DNA of 64,000 bases from Antedon mediterranea (Eukaryota > Animalia > Echinodermata), in the NCBI RefSeq assembly GCF_964355755.1, contig NC_092677.1, forward strand, positions 7,338,101-7,402,100. The letters run 5' to 3'. The first letter of the stretch is position 1, and each line of letters opens with the position of its first letter. The position numbers and the translations under genes are program-made. Below the pieces are notes generated by a model that was not told the origin of the DNA, did not search any database, and was given only the letters and a program-made list of their open reading frames with translations. Shown here in pieces: positions 18,801-33,100 of this stretch.

Positions 18801-21800
18801 AGACAGTGTGTGAAACTCAGGCAGCCTAAAGTAGATGTAGTCCAAGACTAGGCCTAGTTAATTTCTAAAATATGACAACTAGGTTTAAATCTATGGATGG
18901 AAATTAGACATGTAGGCCTAGGCTATGTAATAACAGATATTGACTGCTTTTATCGGTGTATTATCACCTCTATGCAGTCAATATCTGTACAATCAACTTT
19001 TTGAGATGGCCTCTATGTCAGATGGTTTAATTATCTTTGTTTTAATTTAGCCTTTATCAGATAACCTTGAATCACAAACGTATGAGATATTTGAGAAAGA
19101 CCCAGTGAAGTATACACAGTATCAAAAGGCTGTATACACAGCTCTTTTAGATCGAGTACCGGCTGAAGAAAAAGACACCACTGTATCGTAAGTTATCCCT
19201 TTTGCCACAAGTGTGAGCTGTTCATAATCCAAGTCTTGGAAAGCTAAACATAAAGTACCTCATCAAATACATATATACTCATGAGTTGAAATGTACTTTG
19301 CTTAAGCTCCCCCTACCCAACATTTTTTATTTCTATTGTATTAATATTATGCTGGTCAAATAAATAAACGAAACAAAACAAATATAATTTAAAAAGCGAC
19401 CCATTTTCAAGAATACAAAATGTTATGTTACTTCAAATAAAGTAGTCTTTATTTTCTATGTATTTTAAATAATAATATAATAATAATATAATATATATAA
19501 TAATATAAAGGGTTGTGATGGTGCTAGGAGCAGGAAGAGGCCCTCTAGTGTCGGCTTCACTGAGAGCTGCTGAGCAAGCTCAACGCAAAATCAAAGTATA
19601 TGCTGTTGAGAAAAATCCAAATGCTGTTGTTACGTAAGTGAATGTTGGCAATCAAAAATATATCTTAAGGAGAATAAAGAATCAACTTATTCTTTTATAG
19701 TAGGCTTACATTATTATAATTGACCACATACTAGTGACAATATATACCTGTGTAAACTGAAAGATTCCGAATTTCAAGTTGAAATGTTCTCAAACCATCA
19801 AAGATATAGTGAATCTTTGTGTTATTCAAAGTCTTAAATTGTTGACATGAACATTTGCTAAGGACTTTTTTAAACCATATTTTCCAACTTTTTAAATTAC
19901 ATTTTAATAATAATAATTTTGTAATTACATGTAAAATATTGTCACTTTGGTAATTTAGATTGCAGGCGCTTCAGGATGAAATGTGGGCAGATCATGTGAC
20001 CGTGGTGTTCCAGGACATGAGAGAGTGGGAGGCACCAGAGAAGGCAGATATCATAGTTAGTGAATTGCTAGGATCATTTGGTGACAATGAATTATCACCA
20101 GAATGCCTAGATGGAGCACAGAAATTCCTTAAAGGTAAGTAAATTAAACAATGCATTGAGTCAATAACAAATGAGAAGAAAAAAGGAAAAAAGAGCGATA
20201 TGAAAATGGAGGATACTCCGCATTGAACCTTACAAACAAAAAAAAACTTACTAAAGAATCTTATCTCAGAAGTATGTCATTTAAACTTGCAACCAACAAC
20301 AGCAGTTTACAAAAGTTAAATGGAAGAGACCAAGAGCCATTAGAATTTTGAACATTTCCAATATTTTTATATGAATATAAAGAGCAGTTTATAATGATCT
20401 AGATTATCTTTGCTTTGTAGATAATGCAATTAGTATTCCCTGTAACTACACGTCATATCTCAGTCCAGTTATGTCACACAAACTGTACAATGAGGTGCGA
20501 CTCTGCAAGGAACGTGATAAACCGCAAGATGTAAGTTTTCTTTAAATGTGTCCAGCAACTTTTAAAAAATTCAAAATGGTTAAGCGGTGGTCCCTATACA
20601 AGTAACCAGTCCTGAAATACTAGGGACCACTGACTTCTTTACATAATAATGATGAAAGGTGCATTGTATACTTAAATGTACTACTTATACTTGTATTATG
20701 TCTGGAAACAGCTGAGCTGAATTTCTTGCTAGAGGCTAGGCATAGTATATAAGCCCTGTTGAGTAATATTTGCACATCTTCTATAGAGTTCAAAGTTAAA
20801 TGAACAGTATAAATAAAACTGGTGCATACACATTATTAAAAAAAAGTAAATCTAAACTAAAAAATAAAATAAATTTACTCTACCAATTACAACAATTTAA
20901 ACTAAACAGTACTGTACTCTAAAATATATTTATAACAAGCTTGATATCTTCTAGGCTCATTTTGAGACACCGTATGTGGTACGGCTACACAATGTGAATG
21001 TGCTTGCTGACGCTGTTCCAGTGTTCACCTTTTGTCATCCACGAAAGGATATGAAGGATAATAAACGATATAAGAGTATAGAATTTGATATAAGTGAAAG
21101 TGCTGTGTTGCACGGATTTGCTGGTTATTTTGACACAGTGTTGTATGCAGATATTAAACTTAGTAAGTTTAATCATTCTAATTATGCTACATATTTTTAG
21201 AATGTGGATAATGTACCACTATATTTGAAAGACTTCATTTAAAAAAATGTATGACATAATTATTAAACAGAACTAAAACATTGTATATTAACAAGTTTAA
21301 AAGTAATGATCAACCAACACATTGGGTTTATCATATATATTGTATATCATATTGTATTATTATTGCAAGTTTAAAAGTACAGTAATGATCAACCAACACA
21401 TTGGGTCTTGGGTTTATCATATATATTGTATATCATATTGTATTATTATTGCAAGTTTAAAAGTACAGTAATGATCAACCAACACATTGGGTCTTGGGTT
21501 TATCATATATATTGTATATCATATTGTATTATTATTGCAAGTTTAAAATTACAGTAATGATCAACCAACACATTGGGTCTTGGGTTTATCATATATATTG
21601 TATATCATATTGTATTATTATTGCAAGTTTAAAAGTACAGTAATGATCAACCAACACATTCGGTCTTGGGTTTATCAAATATATTGTATATCATATTGTA
21701 TTATTATTGCGTTTAGGTACCGAACCATCAACCTACTCAGATGGAATGTTTAGCTGGTTTCCAATATTCTTTCCAATTAAGGTATGTTCTAAAATTTTTA

Positions 21801-22490
21801 GTTCATTTCAAATTAATTAATTAAATTTCAGTATATCACGGGGCGGTTTAGAATTCATTTTTGTGCCTGTTGTGTTTATATATTATATTTTATATATGTT
21901 TTTAAAATCTAAATTAATATTATATTAAGTTATAACTTGTTCATTTTGCATATTACAAGGGTGGGTGGGTTGCGTCTTTATATATGTATATTGTGAATTT
22001 ATATGTATTTTTATATATATTTATGTCCTTCAGTATTTGTATGTGTATGTTTTTGTTGTAAAGGTTGTACAACGTATTTTCAGGCTCTGCCTTAGTTGTA
22101 CATCCTCCATCTTAAATTGTATTTTTTTATGTTTGTTATGATGAAAAATAAAGATTGATTGATTTATTAATTAACTAATATTTTTTTCTATATTATATTT
22201 CCTGTACAATCCAACCAAATTTAAAAAAAATTTTTACCCAGGCCTCCTGGAACTATATTTTGTTTTCATGATAATAACTGGTAAACACATGCAATACAGG
22301 TATAATCCCATCTGACTCCACCATCTTGTTTTTTCAGGAACCAATAGATGTACACAAGGATTGTAAGTTACAAGTTCACTTCTGGCGTAACGTCACGACT
22401 CGTAATGTTTGGTACGAGTGGTGCGTCACGAACCCAGTCATTACGCCAATTCACAATATCAATGGTCGTTCTTATACCATAGGAATGTGA
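15856..22490 (+). CDS. PRMT5: Protein arginine N-methyltransferase 5, about 630 aa, 13 exons: 15856-15944, 16509-16627, 16749-16966, 17641-17809, 18113-18266, 18512-18683, 19051-19187, 19511-19633, 19959-20134, 20421-20530, 20955-21162, 21717-21781, 22338-22490
   Basis: RVSCGRDL N-terminus, [90 protein letters not shown]; all phases consistent (1893 nt). Confidence 0.98.
21293..21710. repeat. 86-bp minisatellite, about 5 copies, in PRMT5 intron 11
   Basis: Unit AAGTTTAAAAGTACAGTAATGATCAACCAACACATTGGGTCTTGGGTTTATCATATATATTGTATATCATATTGTATTATTATTGC, starting at about 21293, 21367, 21453, 21539 and 21625. Confidence 0.95.
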
Positions 22491-24194
22491 TGTCAAATAT
22501 TTAAATGAAATTGTAAGAAATTAAGAAGCTTTTAATTTTGCAAAGTGAAAATTTCCAGTAATTTGGTACATCGCTTTCAGTAAGGTTATATCGGACCATG
22601 TAAGTAAACAACTTCATAATATGAATGTAAAGTATGTATGTAGGCCAATTTTTACCATTAAAAAGCTTTGATTTTCCTAAGTGAGGACGCATTGTTTGTC
22701 CAGGAAAGTCTGTTAATGTTAAAGGACATTTGGTTGTATAGTACTAGATTATTCTGAGAAATTATGAAAATCACTTTTGCCCTCTGGTCACAGACCATGT
22801 TTTAATAGAAACATTTCAAATATTGATTGGTGCATCCTAAAGCTGCATTCGCACTTGTCTGTTTCAAATAAGACGATGCTGTCCAATTCTTTATATACGA
22901 TTTTCCATTATTTTTATTTATTTGTTTCAGAAATGTGTGATTTTAGTTGATTTTTAGACCCTGAAAATATGGACAGTTTTTATACTTTGTTTTATATTTG
23001 TTTACACTTCAATTTAAAAAAAGTTAAATTATTAAATTGTTATTGATTTTGGATAATTTTTATTTGACATGGTGCTATTTACGCATATTTAATTTCATTT
23101 ACCTTTGACGTACATAATGATTTCATAAGAATGTTACTGTTATTTCTGGTTTGTAGAAACTATTGATATTAATTTTTACAGCCTAGGGATTTTCTTAACA
23201 AATTTGTATTGTAAATACAATATTTTTGGGGAAATCCATTTATGTTTGAAAATTTGTTATGTTAATTTTAAAACCATTATGCCCATATTTTTTAGTAGTT
23301 GAAATAATCTTTTTGTCTTCCTTTTGGTGTTTAATTAGTATGCATTTTGGAACTTAAATAATATGACCCGTATCAAGACATTTTAAAACAAAATAGTATG
23401 ATGTTATTGTGTAAAAGTTTAAAGTGCAAAAGAGTATTAAATTGCTAATACAAAGTGTAATATAAATGCAGTAACACACATTGTTTGTACCGTATGTGAC
23501 TAGTTTTCATTTAATAAAAAATATTCAAACCAATTAAGTTATTAGCTAAACATAACTGACCAAATTATTCCCTATGGAAAATAGTTGTGCTGGTATGCAT
23601 TTAGATAGAGCAATTTAAAATGTATAGAATTTTAAATCATGATTACTGTATATTAGGTAAAAGCATGCTACTATTAACTGTGACTGAAAAAGGGATGTTA
23701 AAAGAGTAATAAAGAGATGTTTGATCTAATTGGTCAAATTTCATCAGGTATCATTGCAAAAATTAATATTTGGTTTAAAAATAGGGTGCAAAATTATAGA
23801 TGAAAGGGCATTACATTCAGATTTAGTTATTTATTTTGGTAAGTTGGTTCTTACCCATCACTCAGTTCATTGAAACTTAACCCTAGTAATTTAGCTAAGC
23901 ATGGACGGGCCTATAGTAACATAATTGTAAATGTAGAAATACTGTAGTAACAAATGACAAAACAATAGACTGATCCCTTTGGAGCTTACATCCATACAGG
24001 GATTGGTTGCTGGAAAAACGTATTATAGAAACGTTTGTATTTATAAAGACAATGTAGAGATGAAGTACATCAGCTAAAATAGTGTTCTAAATTCATTCGG
24101 TAATTATTTATTTCAGGTTTTCATATACCATTGCCATTTGCAGCTTTACATTTTCTCTGTCTAAATTGAATACTATTAAAAATTACTCCATACG

Positions 24195-24400
24195 ATTTCC
24201 TGTCTTGGCAAGGCGAGCTCAGTGTCCTGTTCCTGTTGTTAGATTGCCTTGATTAGAGCCTCTAAAGCTCTGTCTACAATATCAAAATAGTTTGACAAAA
24301 AAAGCGTGTTTTTGGTAGTGATATGCTTAAATATGGTAGTGATATGCCTAAATATGGTAGTGATATGACATCATCATCTCCATATATGGGCACATCACAT
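24195..24400. mobile_element. Adjacent partial MITEs: right end of the CAAGGCAATC family and left part of the AGCTCTGTCTAC family
   Basis: ...TCTTGGCAAGGCGAGCTCAG...GTTAGATTGCCTTG matches the 59017-59234 end; AAAGCTCTGTCTACAATATCAAA matches the 38678 element TIR. Confidence 0.65.
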
Positions 24401-26458
24401 GTACATATGTATGAAAACGGTTAACGATATACCTGTTAAATAGCTAGTGTAAAAACAACATTCCAATTAATCAGTATTTTTTCCTTTCGCCATAATGCCA
24501 TAATGCCACAGAAAATTGTCTACAAAAAATCCATGATATGTGTAAAATTATATGTGATGTATACTAACGAAATCGGTAATAAATAAACCTACTGTCCATT
24601 TCAAGAATGCAACGTGTTTACGTCATTATTCAGTGTCTGAGTGTTTGTCATTGTCTTACGTACAACATTTACTAAGTAGAATTGATTTTTTTGTTTAAAA
24701 AAGGAAAATCATGAAATTAAATAGTCACATTATGTTCCCTCCATGGTCACATAATATACAAGATTTCATATGAACATAATAATAATAAAACAAAGGGGAA
24801 CAAACACGAAAGAGTATATTCGAAAAAATAGTACATCTATATATAAATTATGGTTAATTCTGACATAAGCGAGCACAATGGAAAAACTTCGGTACAAATC
24901 TTTGCCTTGGATACCTACCTTATCTCAGATGTACCGTGAAATGTAAATTTGATAACATTAGTTTTCACTATTACAATATTGTTCCGTATTTCTTTCTTAG
25001 GAAGATATTATAAAGAGTTTTTAAAGAAAATTTCTGATTTAATCGGTAGATTTTCAACTCAATTTCAATTCTACGCGGGACGAAGTAATTTCCGGGTTCA
25101 CGATGAGTTCACCTTGCAACCAAGGAGGTGAAAAATAATTTATACCTCCCTGTTGCAACTACCTGCTTTCAACTAAGTCAGCCGTTATTTTTGTTTATTT
25201 TCGGAACGGACCGCGCGTGTGAAGGTACAGTAGGCCTATAGTTAAAAAATAAAAATTATACTGCAAATTAATAATGATCAAATTAAATATACGCCATAAT
25301 CGGAATATATTGTGGAGAATAGTATTATAAAATTACATACTCCCTGATCTGATGATAAGACATTTTGTTTAAAATCGTTAGTTAGTTAGTTAACACACAT
25401 TGGATTTGAGTTTGGAAGCTATCACGACGATTACTAGAATGATGGTTCGGATGTGAAAGGAATATAAATTGATTGAATGGACCAGTGACTTTCATCACAA
25501 TCAAAACATTTGACGTTTTATATTGTTTTTAACATTACATTTATTATAATATTCTCCTCTTACATGTCTTTTCATTTATGCTTTATTTCATCATTCATTT
25601 TCATATACAATGTATACTGGTTGTTTATCAATACGGATTTTTACAATATTGCACAATACTCGTTAAATATCAATAAATATATTTTATACTATGGATTTGA
25701 TATCAATAAACTACATTATTCATACTTCACATATATCTATTTACACTATGTAAGGGTAGGCATCATTATTGTTCAAAATACTGTTTTTATATGTCGGATA
25801 GCAATATTTGTATGTATTGAAGATTTCTTCCTTCCAAAAACCGATTCTCGGTACTGCAATTTCTTCAGACAATTTTAGCTAAGCTTTCATGATGAAATCC
25901 ACATGTTACTCAATTATGACGAATTGGCCAATAAATACACAACAAAATAATCCCACATTTGCACGTGGTATGGTTTACCGGGAATCAAGTGGTCCCTGGA
26001 TGCTAGGTTTACCTTACGAGGCACCTTTGTGCAAACTTTTTAATAAAACCGTATAATTGCTATTTTATTATTTATGTAAATTATTTTTAAAATACCTGTA
26101 TGCTTTTGGAAATTATCGGTAATTGAAATTCGACATTGGACGACGAGTGTAGCAAGGAAATCGAAGATTCATTTTCTATGATTCAGTATTTTCACCTTAC
26201 TTAATTTTGGCAAACGTTTAACAAAGATGCAGTTAATACGTTGTAAGATTTGTAACTGTTGATCTGTTGTCGATGAGCAGTATTTAATACGCCATCTATT
26301 CTTCCATAACTGAGAGTACTTACTTGTTTTGTCGACATCGTTATTTTCAGCTTAAGTTTAGGCGAAATCATTCCGTGCTTAGTGAAAATATAAACTGATC
26401 CATCATTTATGGTAGGCCTCTGAACATCATGTAGACTTACATGCGCGTATCGTAAATT

Positions 26459-26770
26459 TGTCATACGAATATTACACACCTATCATACGAATATTACACG
26501 CATGTCATACGAATATTACACACCTGTCATACGAATATTACACGCATGTTATACGAATATTACACGCATGTCATACAAATATTACACACATGTCATACGA
26601 ATATTACACGCATGTCATACGAATATTACACGCATGTCATACGAATATTACACACATGTCATACGAATATTACATGCATGTTATACGAATATTACACACC
26701 TGTCATACGAATTTACACGCATGTTATACGAATATTACACGCATGTCATACGAATATTACACACATGTCA
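26459..26770. repeat. 22-bp minisatellite, about 14 copies
   Basis: Unit TGTCATACGAATATTACACGCA with variants; it generates the three overlapping repetitive ORFs at 26458-26872. Confidence 0.95.
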
Positions 26771-27174
26771 CACGATCAAACGTATAAATTCGTGTCACCT
26801 GTGAAAATGGAAGTTGTTTCATCAGTTCTTGATGATGACTATTATGTATCTGACTCAAGCGTTCGTTTGTAATATTCAGAACATTTAGGCCTATGGTAGG
26901 CCTAAGCAACTTACTTATAAGGCTACTTAGATTGATTGCCTTGCTTAAGCAACTGATTTAAAACTATTTTGAATGTAAAAATATAAACTAATATAAAAAC
27001 TGTAATTATGGATTTTACAACCCACGTATACATTTTTCAAAAGAATAATTTGTCTCGATTTCCTATGGATAAAAACAAACAAAAAGGAATTCCTAATTTA
27101 GGTAAACTTGGATTTCGGAAGGAGCGGAATGATGAAAGGTTTTAAGAGCCAGGTGTCGCTATCACTGTAATTTT

Positions 27175-30100
27175 TTACTTTTCTGAACTTGTTGGTGGGG
27201 AAATGTCACTGCTCTGGGAGTAACTATCTCGACGAATATCATTCTGTAAACAAAATAATAAATTAATTAATTAATTGACAAAGTTTTTTTAAATGTTTAG
27301 TTTTATACTATTATTATACTGTTTTTTCTTGCCCTCTTTTGATTCACTAAATGACGTCTGGGAGTGAATATCATCCGAATACTATAGACACCCAAACTAG
27401 AAGAAGACATGTTTCTATTGCACCAACGTATTAGGCCTACTAATGAAAAAAGATAATACTTACAACGATTGCTTATTAATTATAACTTACATGACACGAC
27501 TGTCGTCGTCGTTCTTGGTTTGGGTTTAATATAATTTTGCCAATGTTCTTATGATCATGCATTCGCTGCATTGCGTCAGTAATCTGCAAGTAAAATAATT
27601 TATAAATTACTAAATATAAAGATCAATACTTTAGCTATGTTAAGTATTAGATTCTTAAGCAAATGAAAATATTTTGCCTGGCTAATCACTATCACTGCAG
27701 GTTTCTAATTTAGGTAACCAACCCCTGGCTTGAAGGCCAACTATCCATATTCTTTAATTCTGAATACTTTCTCACAAAACGTTGAATGATTGTTAAGTTT
27801 GATGTATTAACAGGCTAATAATAGCATTTTCCATATGGGTGGAGCTTGTTTATAATAGTCAAGTGAGACTAACAAAATCGATGTAACGTCCTGTTTTGTT
27901 CACCAGCTTCTTAGCCCTAAATTGATTTAGGCCTGTAAACTAAAATAAGGTAGGTATGTATCAATTTATGTTGTAATATAAACTACCTCTTCAAATGCCC
28001 AAGTGGAATCGATAATAGGTTTGATTTTATTTTGGTTATACATTTGAATCAACTCAGCCATCACGTGACTCAATAAGTCGTGTCTGCCTTGTTCGAAAAC
28101 GAGGTTGAGTAGATTGAAACCAGCGATGGACTTATTCTCCTCGTAGAGTTTAATTGGGTTGATTTTATCAACTTGCCACCACTGAAATAAATTATAGAAT
28201 TATAAAATAATTCATCGAGAAATGAATATACTCAATTGGTATTGTACCTAAATAAAAGCAGAGTTGGTGTTCTGGTTAATGATGATACGTTCGAGTTGGG
28301 TTGTAACAGTAGGCCTGCACTAGGTGAAAATGAAAATGTCATTGCACCAGGTAAATATATTCGTTTTAATTATTTAAATATTTTATTATCATTTCATTTT
28401 GTTATTAGGCCTATCTTACTGATTTTGCATAACTCAGAAAACTCCGCGTTTCTCCTGTTACAATGTTAGAAGAACCTGAAACGAAAAACCGTTAACAATT
28501 TAAAAGTTGGTAATTAAAGTAAACAAAGTAAAGCATGTATTGTCTGCACATATTATGACAAAATGGAGTATGATGATCTTCTATCGATATTTTTAACTGA
28601 ATTTTCAACTGAGAACTTTCATATTCTTTTATGATTGCATTGGTGGCGCCCTACACAAAAACAAAACATTACTAAACATGTGCACTGTGTGTTGTCATGT
28701 TTCGCGGCAGTTAAAATCATTGTTTTGTCAATTATACATTAATGCAGATTAATTTTGTTGTTATTCACTGTCTCAAGTGGGCTCACAATTACTTATAATA
28801 ATGTTATTATGCGTATTTAATGAAAGCTAACTAAAAAGGCCACGCCTAGGCCTATGCGAAATCAGATTTAGGATAGGCCTAGCAGAAACAGGACAACTTG
28901 ACCGAGGTAAATTCCTTTGATGAGGTCGGTTCGTCCTTTATTTTAGTTTATGAGTTAACTCCTTTTTTGATTATATTTTATTTAGATTTTGACATCATAG
29001 AAATAGATATTTGACCATTAATACAGCCATGTTATGATCCAATATAAATTTCTCTGCCCATTTCAAAGCTTCTTTCCAAATTAAATTGATAATTAATTGT
29101 AATTAATTAATAATATTTGTTTTTGTAGATCTCCACAGTATATATTTTTCTTACCATACAATACATATTTTCCCATAGGTGCTAGAAGTGTGTATCCTTT
29201 ATTGGTGTCATCTCCACATAGGCAATCTAGTACAACATCAATCCCATCTGGAGATAGGCTGAAATAAAGTAAGTTTAAATCAAATGTATTTAAATGTAAT
29301 ATTTATCTGTTCAAATGACAAATGTTTGATTCTTTTTTTTTGTGCTTTTTTTAAAATCTTTTTATATTCTATTTTTAAAATTTTTTGTTTTTTTTGTTTG
29401 TTACATGTTTATGTCTGTCATGTTGTATTTTTGTGAGGGTCCCTAATGATTAGCTTCGGCTGGATGGACCATCCTCATAAAATATTGTTGAAATAAAAAT
29501 AAATACTATATGAACCTGTTGCGATATCATAATTGTTTTCGTCTGTAAACGGTTAAAAGTGTGATAAATAAGTCGATGTTAACAATTTAAGCTGTCCACT
29601 ATAATAAAAACATGCATCGTGAAGAACATTCAGTATATTTAAAACAAGAAATGACCTGTTTAATGTTTTTAAAGTTATATAATTATATGCATTATTTTCA
29701 CAAAACGTCAACAATTGCAGGTCTACTGTCTTTACATACTACCTACAACTAAACTAGTTCAGATCATTGACACAATTCCTATTCTTGGTTTTCATATTTT
29801 AAGTTCACACTTTTGTAAACATTTATGTTGTTGATACAAGTTTGTATGCAAACAGAAATAAAAATGTTTCAATCCGTCATTCAATATTGAAAAAACAACG
29901 TTGCAGACACGCTTGACCATTCACAATAAATGACATGGTCTGCTAAAATTTACAGAATTAAATACTTTGAAAATATCTAACACCAGTTGGTAATAAATAA
30001 AGTATAAACAATTATTGATTTTACGATCTATGTCGCAAATTATCCGCACACAGCATTTGAAATAAAATGTTGGTTTACTGTAATTTAATAATAATATAGA

Positions 30101-33100
30101 ACTTACATCAATTTTCCATTACTAACTACTACTACTAATGAGTAAAAGTCCAAATTTCTTTTGCAAAAACAAATTGCCTATTATTTTTACTAATAAAGGA
30201 ATCTATAGTTTAAATTCTCTGTTTACGGTTACTGAGATTTCATCGATTTATCAGTCAAACTCGCATACTGCGCAATTAACGTCAAAAGAGATATTCATAA
30301 TTGGAATGAATGTGTTTAACTTGAAGCTATTTTTACACATCACTAGACATTCTTAGTTAATTTTCAATTTATTTTATGTAAAGTGATAAATAATATTACT
30401 GTATTAATAACTTATTGATATTTAATTGAACTCATACGGCAGTCATTTACTCTGAATAAAATTTGAATTTAATATTTTTGAAAGTAAAGACAAATGAAAC
30501 GCATTTAATTTGTACTGTACTGTAGATGGAGAGGGATTATTTTTTGAATTGAATTTTATAATATTTCAAGTATTTTACTATTTAGAAATATTTTGGACAC
30601 TCACCTAATAAAGTAAAAAAAAACTAATAAAAATTCAGTAGTATTATTAGTATCAAATAGATTGAAACATCAAATATGATTGTGTACTAATATGGTTTCT
30701 CAGAAATCTTTAGGCCTAATCATAATGATGCTGTATTAATTAATTGTTTAATCAACATTTTATATTAAAATTTGAAATTTCTAGTAACAATATTTTAAAA
30801 TTAGTTTCACATCTTGTGGTTATTAATAGCTGGATTACAGCAGTATGTTTCACATCTTGAAAAAAGTTCATTTAAATTTGAATCTGAATTGAATGTTACA
30901 CCTATCTATTTTTATTTTAGAATGTGGACATTCTGTAATGTATTACTATTATGTAATATTGAAAACATTTTATTGGCCCGCTTAAAAAATTAATAATTTT
31001 ACAAATACAAATGCATTTAATATATTTTACTATGTCAGAGACAGACAGTGAATTTTCAAATCAATTTATGTTTTCTTGTTTTGTTTTTTGTTTTATCTGT
31101 TAACAATATTAAAGTACCATTTATTTTACACTAGTAAATTCCACCAAATTACATTATTCTAATGCAATGTGTCAGCAAAAACACTCACTATTAAATAGTA
31201 AAATTAACTAGCTATGATGAACACAGTTGGTTCAACTGGAACCGTATGAACGTTAATCTTTCGGCGTACTCAACAAACAGACCTGCTTTAACAGCTTATA
31301 GTCTAATGGCTTTCATTGCTCTCATCCTCCATTACATTGCAAACCAATTACAATGTGTTACGATAATTTTTATTAAGGAAAACACTCTTGTATGTTTGAT
31401 TTTCTTTTCTGAGCTCACAGTATTTACTTTTTAATAAAATTAGTCATAATTGTCAGCAGCACTTACTGTAGTACTACATTTTTTACTGCAATCACACATA
31501 TAATTTTGAAAAAGTCACAAGTTAAAATAGCATTTAATAAATTGTATAGTTTGTTATTAAAAATAAATATATTTGACCAAAACAATGTGTATATGTACAA
31601 AAGAATATAAATTATGAGAAAACCAACAACAGTGCAACATGGTATGTTATAGTACAAGTTCTACAATTTTGTTAATCTTTGAAAAATGTGTACACTTGTT
31701 TGCTTATTTCATGTACAATACAGTACAACCAATATGTAAAGTTTTCAAATATACATACATTTTAAAAGTCTATAAATCTGCACAAAATAAGATTGAAAAT
31801 TGTCATTGCCAAGGCAATATGCAAATGTAATTACACCTCTTCATCAACAGTCCCATGAGATTATGCAATGTCAAATCAAGGTATTTTATAATGATATAAT
31901 AATTATTGTATTGAGAAGCTGTACCTTTTAATTTCATGATGGTAGTCATGAGTGTTACGGTCTACTAAATGAGTAAATTGTCCTTGCAGTCCGTCATGTT
32001 TATGTGCTGAGGCTGTGCCATATAGTTGTACATTTTCAACTGTCTTGCAGAGCTGCGATACAGCTGTACCCTAAAGAATCAAAATGCCATTATTATAGGA
32101 TGGTTAATGATAATTTTCATCTGTGTAGCGCCATTCCAACGATCAATTGCAGTGGGCCTTACTTTACCATTGAGTATAGTTTTTCCGTTGAGTACTTATC
32201 TAACTTACTTAAGAGTATTCTTAGCGTTGAGATTGTTAGAAAAAAAGCTTGCGTTGGTAACGTTTTCTATTCGATGATTTTCTGTTGAGCACAATCCGTT
32301 TACAATTTATCATTCGAATACAAAAATATTCAATGCATCTTTATGTTGTCTACGAAAGTTTCCAATCGAATACAACTGTGGACTGTGTACTTGATTATTA
32401 CACTTTTCAACTTCATGCTTTTCCTTATGTCAGTGTGGCCAATTCAGGTGTTTTCACAACAATAGAATCCAATTCAAATTCAGGATAATGTTATTTATTA
32501 ATTATACACAATTAAAATTGGCATTACAAATAGATTTTCCATAATGCTCGGTTTTGGTTTTCTCATAAGGAGTAATCTAGAGATTATAGTACAGTATGCC
32601 AGAATAAATGAATGTAATATATTTTAAATTTCCTATACTTCAACGCAAACTTAAGATGTCTTTAAATTCAAAAGAAAGAGCTTCTAAAAAAACGTTATGA
32701 TTATGCAAATGAAGTCTTACTTACAACACCTCCACCAGCAGAATGAACTAAGACAGATTTTCCACTTTTGATGGACGCAATATCAAATAGCATCATGTAG
32801 GCAGTCAAGTAGCTCATTGGTAGTGATGCTGCCTCTTCAAAACTCATGCTGGCGGGCATACGAAAGCAGAAGCGTTCAGCTGCTGTTACGATCTCTGCCC
32901 ATGTTCCATAACGTTTAAAGACAATCACTCTATCACCGTGCTATAATAAAATGATAACATTTTAATTTTAAAATCCATTACTAGTACTGTACATTACCTA
33001 AGTAGGAGAACTTAAACATACAGAATTGTTATATAGATAATTAGCAAACTAAGTCATTTTCCATGTTCTTTCTACAATAAAACTAAAGTATAACTTTCTT

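Noticed and set aside
20649-20720. Box C/D snoRNA-like ATGATGA...CTGA in PRMT5 intron 10 (similar weak pairs at 18361-18455 and 2866-2972)
   Set aside because: No convincing terminal stem, internal C'/D' boxes or recognisable rRNA/snRNA guide; such words arise by chance in AT-rich introns. A snoscan/Infernal run would settle it.
26458-26872. Three overlapping ~100-aa repetitive ORFs
   Set aside because: They are translations of a 22-bp minisatellite lacking stops; no splice or homology support.
28249-28320. Possible extra VAT1L exon (AG...GT-bounded)
   Set aside because: Exons 28475-28420 and 28181-27987 join directly to give the conserved AKS|WWQV, and inclusion in phase 0 hits stop codons.
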